A program made the translations under genes and the position numbers. The notes under the pieces were generated by a model that was not told the origin of the DNA, did not search any database, and was given only the letters and a program-made list of their open reading frames with translations. A DNA stretch of 64,000 nucleotides, from assembly GCA_951406725.2 (NCBI GenBank), contig OX597815.1:143096001-143160000 (forward strand). The letters run 5' to 3'. This document shows, piece by piece, positions 56,780 to 64,000 of this stretch (position 1 is its first letter; each line of letters starts with the position of its first letter). This DNA is from Octopus vulgaris (lineage: Eukaryota).

Positions 56780-57564
56780 GGTAAGTAGCTGCTAACCAAC
56801 CACATGGTTCGGGGTTCAGTCCACTGCGTGGCATCTTGGGCAAGTGTCTTCTGCTATAGCCCCGGGCTGACCAATGCCTTGTGGGATTTGGTAGACGGAA
56901 ACTGAAAGAAGCCTGTCGTATATATGTATATATATATATGCATGTGTGTGTTTGTGTGTCCTTGTTTGTCCCCCTAGCATTGCTTGACAACCGATGCTGG
57001 TGTGTTTACGTCCCCGTCACTTAGCGGTTCGGCAAAAGAGACCGATAGAATAAGTACTGGGCTTACAAAGAATAAGTCCCGGGGTCGATTTGCTCGACTA
57101 AAAGGTGGTGAGGCCACAGTCAAATGACTGAAACAAATAAAAGAGTAAAAGGTAAAGAGTATATATAGGCGCAGGAGTGGCTGTGTGGTAAGTAGCTTGC
57201 TTACCAACCACATGGTTCCGGGTTCAGTCCCACCGCGTGGCACCTTGGGCAAGTGTCTTTTACTATAGCCTCGGGCCGACCAAAACCTTGTGAGTGAATT
57301 TGGTAGACGGAAACTGAAAGAAACCCGTCTTATATATGTATATATATATGTGTGTGTACGTGTGTTTGTGTGTCTGTGTTTGCCCCCCCCCCACATCGCT
57401 TGACAACCGATGCTGGTGTGTTTACGTCCCTGAAAAAGATACTGACAAAATAAGTACTAGGCTTACAAAGAATAAGTCCTGGGGTCGATTTGCTCGACTA
57501 AAAGCGGTGCTCCAGTATGGCCGCAGTCAAATGACTGAAACAAGTAAAAGAGTAAAAGAGAGAG

Positions 57565-57621
<57 letters not shown>

Positions 57622-57955
57622 ATGTGTGTGTGTGCGTCTGTGTGTGTGTGTGTGTGTGTGAATATATATATATAGTCCCACTCGTGAGCGCCTTCTACTA
57701 TAGCCACGAGCCGACCAAAGCCTTGTGAATGGATTTAGTAGACGGAAGCTGGAAGAAGCCCGTTGTATATATATGTGTGTGTGTGTTTGTGTCTGTGTTT
57801 ATGTCCCCGTTATCTAGATGTTCGGCAAAACATCAAATATAATAAGTACCAGGCTTACAAAGAATAAGTTCTGGCGTCGATTTGTTCGACTAAAAGGCGG
57901 TGCTCCAGCATGACCGCAGTCAAATGACTGAAACAAGTAAAAGAGTAAAAGAATA
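56778..57955 (+). mobile_element. head-to-tail array of three copies of the abundant SINE
   Basis: Units ~56778-57160, 57168-57560, 57675-57955. Confidence 0.9.
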
Positions 57956-59419
57956 TGAGTGTGTGTGTGGTGCAGACATCTGTTAGTCGAAATCAAGAAT
58001 GACTTAGTAGCCTGTACCACGCTTTCGTTAGTTGTATTAGGTAGCTATGTAATCTCGAGAAAATTTAGATGCCCCTCTCCTAAAGAAATATCTTAATACG
58101 CGCCCCACACTCACGTAGACAGATAGATTTTAAGACAATCTCTGTGTCGTATGGTAGAAGTTCTGATCCAGTTTTGTTTGTTATAGCTTTTATGATAGCA
58201 GTGAGAATAATCACGTCTATGGATTCAGTGTTTTGTTAGTTCTTTCATCGATCCACTATAGAGAATACTGATCTTGGTAGGATTCGATCTCAGATGACAA
58301 AATTATATTATTAGATACCACAAAAAGAAGTGTTCCCCCACCGCCTGATGCACTACGAAACTCGTCACTTGATGCTATTTATACTTTATGCCAATATTCT
58401 CAAGTTTTAACAGAAGACCAGAGATAGTTCGAAATTGACAATTAAATTGAAACCAGGATTGTACGGTCATTTTATTCTACCAGACTTGGAAAGATATGAT
58501 TCAAAATACATTCTGGGCTGGATTTTAACGGAAAACGTAAATTGACGTGACAAAACACTACTATATATTTAATCCGTCGCTTCACTAATTCTATGAATCC
58601 ATGCTAACCAATAGACAAATAAAAGCAAAAATATTTTTTTAAAAACACAAAAAAAACACAAAATAAAATGTTTTAAAAAGCCAACTTGTTGATATTTCTG
58701 TCATCTTTTCGAAATAAACGAGAAAATATTCATGTTTTGTTTTCACCACCTCAAAGAAATTGCTTCTTTATTTACTTTTTAGATTTGTCTTCATTTAAGC
58801 AACTACGTAGAAGTCTTTGAATCACTTCTGTTTGGAATGGTGCCAACAGTTCTCTCATTATTTTATAGACTTATTTTCATCTAATTACCTGCAATTTACT
58901 TCCATAATTCTTTTACTTTACTCTTCTCTATTGTTTAGGGATTTTATTTTTTTTTCAACTGTTGTTATAGTTTTTGTTCTTTTATTTGATTATCGTTTCA
59001 TCTTTGAATTGTGATAAAAAAAATGTAGAAATTAGTAATTAGCAAAAATAAAATCATCTTTTAACTATTTTCAGTTATCTATTTTTATTACAAGACTTGA
59101 ATTTTTTCATTATTTTATATATTTATTTTATAGTTACTTTTATATCTAGAAATTATCTGAGGTTTTTAAAATAAGTTTGATGTAGGTTTCTTTAAATTTT
59201 GCCTTCTGAGAATAGATAAGAAAAAATTTATCTTTATTCTTATTTCTTGTTTGTTTTTTTAATAATAATGTTGCTTCTGTTGTTCTTGTCTTACCGCTTT
59301 TTTTTTTTTTTTTAGATATATTACAAACTTATTTTTATAAAACTGTGATATGTCATGTATAATGTGTTGTCATGCATTATCGAGTATAACAACCGAAGCC
59401 GGAAATTTCTCTCACTGAT

Positions 59420-59514
59420 TCCCTCTCTTTCTCTTTCCCTCTCTTTCTCTTTCCCTCTCTTTCTCTTTCCCTCTCTTTCTCTTTCCCTCTCTTTCTCTCT
59501 CTTTCTTTCTCTTA

Positions 59515-59586
<72 letters not shown>

Positions 59587-59587
59587 T
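59420..59587. repeat. polypyrimidine tract: ~18-bp tandem units then (CT)n
   Basis: ccctctctttctcttt(c) repeated about four times, then pure (CT)n. Confidence 0.95.
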
Positions 59588-60349
59588 CATGCACTTTTTT
59601 TTTCCTTTCTCACATTCCTCTTTTTTCTCATCCTCATTTCAGATGCCTTTGCTGTATTTTAAGCCACGTTCTTATTGTACTATATATTTTTAATTTCCTG
59701 GCAACAGTAACGAGGGCTGAGTTTGGGAGCTGCATTTGATTCCCTGTAACCATTTGATTCCCCTTAACCGACGTGGTTGAAATGGTTCCATAAAGAAGCT
59801 GTAGTGCCAATTTCCAGTAACTAATTAATTCCATAAAACGGCATCGTAGATAAAAACAACAGTAGGTGAATCCTTAGATAACACATACATGAGGAAGAGA
59901 GATAGGGGGAAAGCCAGAGATAGGGGGGAAGACAGTGAGGATGGATAGAGTGTTTGTAAACAAAAGTCGCACACAACTGAAAAGACAATCACGTGAGTTG
60001 AGTAGATGAAAGATAACGTAATTGGAAACGAACGTATCGGAATACATGCAGAAGAGTTAGCTTATGTGAAAACGAACGAAACACTCAGGAAAGGATAATA
60101 ATCTGAAAACACAAGTGTAAAACAAATATAACTGTTAACCGTGTAGAGCCAATATGACATACAGGCGGGTTAGATTAAAGATTTCTTCAATGTACTGCTA
60201 ATATTCGTTTAACCATCCAAGAAAGATAACATAAGATGTGTCTTAGACAATCTTAGATATTCGGAAAGAGAATTTTTAGCGTTACACGTTAAAAACTTCA
60301 TTCATACTTTCAGTCCATTAACTTACTTGTGGTATGATATTTGTCATGT

Positions 60350-60463
60350 GATTTCACTGCGTGGCACCTTGGGCAAGTATCCTCAACTATAGCCCGGGTT
60401 CACCAAAGCTTTGTGAGTGGAACTGGTAGATAAACGGAAATTGAAAGAAGCCCGATGTATGAT

Positions 60464-60502
<39 letters not shown>

Positions 60503-60750
60503 CGTGTGTGTGTGTGCGTGCGTGTGTGTGTGTACATGTCTTTGTGCCTGTGCTTGTCCCTACCACCGCTTGACAACCAGTGTTGGTGTGTTTATGCCTC
60601 TGTAACTTAGCGGTTCGACAAAATAACTAATACAATAAGTACTACGTTTTTAAAAATGTTGGTACTGGGGTCGATTTGTTCGACTAAAACCTTTCGAGGC
60701 GGTGCTCCAGTATTGCTGCAGTGAAATAGCTGAAACTATGTAAAAGATAG
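60350..60750 (+). mobile_element. diverged copy of the abundant SINE
   Basis: cactgcgtggcaccttgggcaagt..ggcggtgctccagtattgctgcagtg. Confidence 0.85.
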
Positions 60751-60934
60751 ACTATGGTTTTGGACGCGAATATGTCTTCAAAACATTTAGTTGATCATAT
60801 CGACACCGATACACACTTTATTCTGCTAATATTTATACCTAATTATCAAACAGCTAAGTTCGCAGTTTCACACAGGAAAATACAACACAGGGGAAGACTA
60901 AATACGGACTTGTATACTAATATTATAATCACAA

Positions 60935-61005
<71 letters not shown>

Positions 61006-61065
61006 CGGCAACGGGAAACTCAGAGTAACTGGTTTTGTTGAATTTTCTGCTGCTTAATAAATAAA

Positions 61066-61115
<50 letters not shown>

Positions 61116-61263
61116 ATATATATATGTGTGTGTATATATGCGTATGCATACAACCATTCATCCGTATATATATATATACATATATGCATATATGAGTGAG
61201 TATGTGTGTATGTATATTCATGGATGTGTGTATACACATTTGATATATATTTGTAAACGTATA

Positions 61264-61735
61264 CCGTAAATCCTCAAGTATAGTCCGTCCTTGAGTATAA
61301 TACGCAGGGGATTTTTATGGGGTTGTACCCTTCTCTAACTTGAGTCGTGCGTAATTAAGCCATCAGAACCTAGTCGAACAAACACTTCCACGCATGCGTA
61401 TTACAATAATGGTGATGTTCTTAACTGTTATATGGGGATGTAAATATGTTTGCAAATTGTTTTTGTTACATGTTATTCTGTATTCTAAATACTTTTATTT
61501 TAATAAATGTTGTTTACTGTAAGTTACACATGATTCTTCATTGTTTTCAGGCTTAGCTTAAGGTATTTTCGCGCTCGGCAAAATGCGTCTGAATAAACAT
61601 TGTCGGACAGCAAATAGAGACTCGGACATTGCTTAGAAAACATTTTTCATTTTTAACCTCGTATATAGTACGCATTATGGATTTTGACCTTTAAGTTTTG
61701 GGGAAATAATGCGGATTATACTCGAGGATTTACGG
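61264..61735. mobile_element. Tc1/mariner-superfamily MITE (CCGTA ends, Tc2/pogo-like)
   Basis: TA-ccgtaaatcctcaagtatagtccg .. gcggattatactcgaggatttacgg-TA. Confidence 0.9.
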
Positions 61736-61753
61736 TATACAGATATATATGCA

Positions 61754-61809
<56 letters not shown>

Positions 61810-62039
61810 CATGCATACATACATGCATACACACATGCATGCATACATACATACATACATACATACATACATACATACATACATACATACATACATACAT
61901 ACATACATACATACACATGAACTTGTCAGAAAGTATTTCCTGACTGATGAACAAGCATATACACCCAGAGAAAAAGCGCTACATTCTACCAAAAGTTTAT
62001 GCATGCCTATATTCGCAGAGTACTTTAGTGTGATGGCGA

Positions 62040-62240
62040 TATTATTCCGATCCATGTCTCACTTTCTGCACTCGCGACCTGTCATCAACGAAGAAGAGAT
62101 GGAAACTTCAGTGAACGAATTTCTCACCTCAAAGGATAAGAACTGGTATCAACATGGGATCAAAGAACTGGCAGAAAGGTGACTCAGGCGGTGCAACACA
62201 ATGGTCTCTTCTTCGAATGCTAGGCTACTTATGTTGTAAC
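62040..62240 (+). mobile_element. mariner transposase 3' fragment
   Basis: LFRSMSHFLHSR..NEEEMETSVNEFLTSKDKNWYQHGIKELAER; same family as 14020. Confidence 0.75.
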
Positions 62241-63179
62241 TTGACGAATGAAGCAAATATGTTACCAAAATATTGCGAAAATGTTGACTCAACACAATAC
62301 ATACATATTACAGACGTAATTTCCATCTACAAATTCCACTCTCAAGGTGTTGATGAAGTCGAGGCTGAAGTTGATGACACTTACCTGAAATGCTGTACAG
62401 CGAGATCGAATCCAGAACCATGTGATTGCGAAGGGAGCGTCCAAACTACAGGGCTATGCATTCTTAAAAGCAATTTCCTTTTAGATGTAACTGACCACTT
62501 GAGACTGTTCCACTTCATGCTTAAGCCATGGGCATAGCATGTACACATTACCCCACTCTTTTAAAGATCTGTGAGATTCTGCTTCATAAACAATCGATAA
62601 ATCTCATCTATAGAGCATGTGATTAGTTTTGCTGGCCTCAAAATGTAGCCGATTCAGTCAGTGCGTGTCATATCATTGGTATTATTTTTATCGATTCTCA
62701 GATGGGATGACGCTTAAAATTGATCCCCAGAGAAATTTTAACATAGAAAATTGAAAGAAGTAGATATGTACACCATCAAGATTGCTCCTGTAGATCTTCT
62801 GTCAGTTACTGTCAGCAATAAACACCATTAGATTTGAAACTTACTCACTTAGTATGATTCTGAAGGTGACAAGTTTAGAATAAATATTTATAAATCAGCC
62901 CTGAATCACGAGTGTTTGCTTTAATCTATACAGGCTCTTAAAGATCGATAACTCATTAGCACCCATACCAACCGACTGTCTATAGGAGGAAGTATATAAC
63001 ATAATTTTCGGTGTTCATTCTGATCAGACTCAATAAAAAATGAAGTGAGATGCAAAGTCCATCTCTGGGTGTTACAAAGTAAATGTAGTTTAAAGTATAA
63101 ACTTGAATCGGTGCCCAAATAACTTTGATTTCTGCTGAACTTAAACCTAGTGTACTACAATCAACTTCGTGGCTTCCAT

Positions 63180-63265
<86 letters not shown>

Positions 63266-63324
63266 AATACATTTCACCAAAAGTGAAATGTATTGGTTAA
63301 CATAGAGATGTTTTCCCAATGTGA

Positions 63325-63460
63325 AAGCATGTGTCCTAGTTTTGAATGTTGGCCTCGCGATCATAAGGTTACATTTTCGATTCCTTAACCGGGCAGTCTG
63401 TTGTGTCTTTGAGAAAGGAACTTCAAGTTTCTTCAGTTCACTCAATGCAAAATGAGAACC
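63325..63460 (+). mobile_element. degenerate CORE-like SINE head
   Basis: tttcgattcc..gttgtgtctttgagaaaggaacttcaag..cagttcactca. Confidence 0.6.
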
Positions 63461-63493
63461 AGCACTACTGACACATCTCTCTCTCTCTCTCTC

Positions 63494-63527
<34 letters not shown>

Positions 63528-64000
63528 TCAATGTAGCTTGTCAAATCATTGATAACACCTTGTTCAAGGGTTGGCAGTCCCAGAGAGGGACTATGATAGC
63601 TCACGTCTACATCTGCACCTAAAAAACATCGAAAGCGTTGTACAACATATCAGACTATACTCACTTGGAACATACAATACAAATAGGCATGGTTGTGAGG
63701 ATAAGAAGCTCGTTTGGGAACTGCATGGCTTCATATTTAAACACTGTATGTAACACCTTGGACGTGTATCTCCTATCATAGCCTTGGGTCAAACAAATTT
63801 CTATGAGTAAAACTTTGAAGACGATAAGTATTCAGAAGTTTATTGAAGAGATCGTTCCGAACGAACGACCAGGTCAACGCTGCTTTTCATATTTACAGGG
63901 TCGGACTATAAGATACCAACCAAAAGGCAGATTCGAAAGACAGCTACTAATGCCTTGAAGACTATAGCCGAGAACCACCCAGTGACTATAGCTGAGGACC

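Noticed and set aside
56778-57955. Repeat-spacer appearance suggesting a CRISPR array
   Set aside because: Units are ~300-400-bp SINE copies in animal DNA; no short constant repeats or cas genes.
58772-58858. 28-aa minus-strand small ORF MRELLAPFQTEVIQRLLRSCLNEDKSKK, possible first exon
   Set aside because: Length expected by chance, no recognisable homology, no expression evidence.

Overview
Animal (eukaryotic) genomic DNA, AT-rich and saturated with microsatellites and tRNA-derived SINEs. The repeat inventory looks like an Octopus (coleoid cephalopod) intergenic or intronic region; this is inferred from remembered repeat families, not from a search. I could not support any host protein-coding exon, and almost all listed ORFs are microsatellite read-throughs. 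Real coding remnants are all transposon-derived: a near-intact 5'-truncated RTE LINE (18890-21117), L1/Tx1-like, CR1-group and RTE-X LINE pieces, a Penelope-like GIY-YIG element with inverted terminal repeats (43637-44833), several mariner/maT/Tigger/MULE relics, two MITEs and a non-autonomous Helitron. The most interesting signals are: (i) a Penelope 3' repeat that joins a tRNA-like Pol III head to a minimal hammerhead ribozyme and also occurs as a stand-alone SINE-like copy; (ii) a recurring architecture of (TA)n-anchored insertions ending in fold-back inverted repeats, several with hammerhead motifs (7 motifs, about 5 unrelated sequence contexts); (iii) two SINE/LINE 3'-tail partnerships visible inside the window (Tx1-like and RTE); (iv) LINEs sitting inside tetranucleotide microsatellites.
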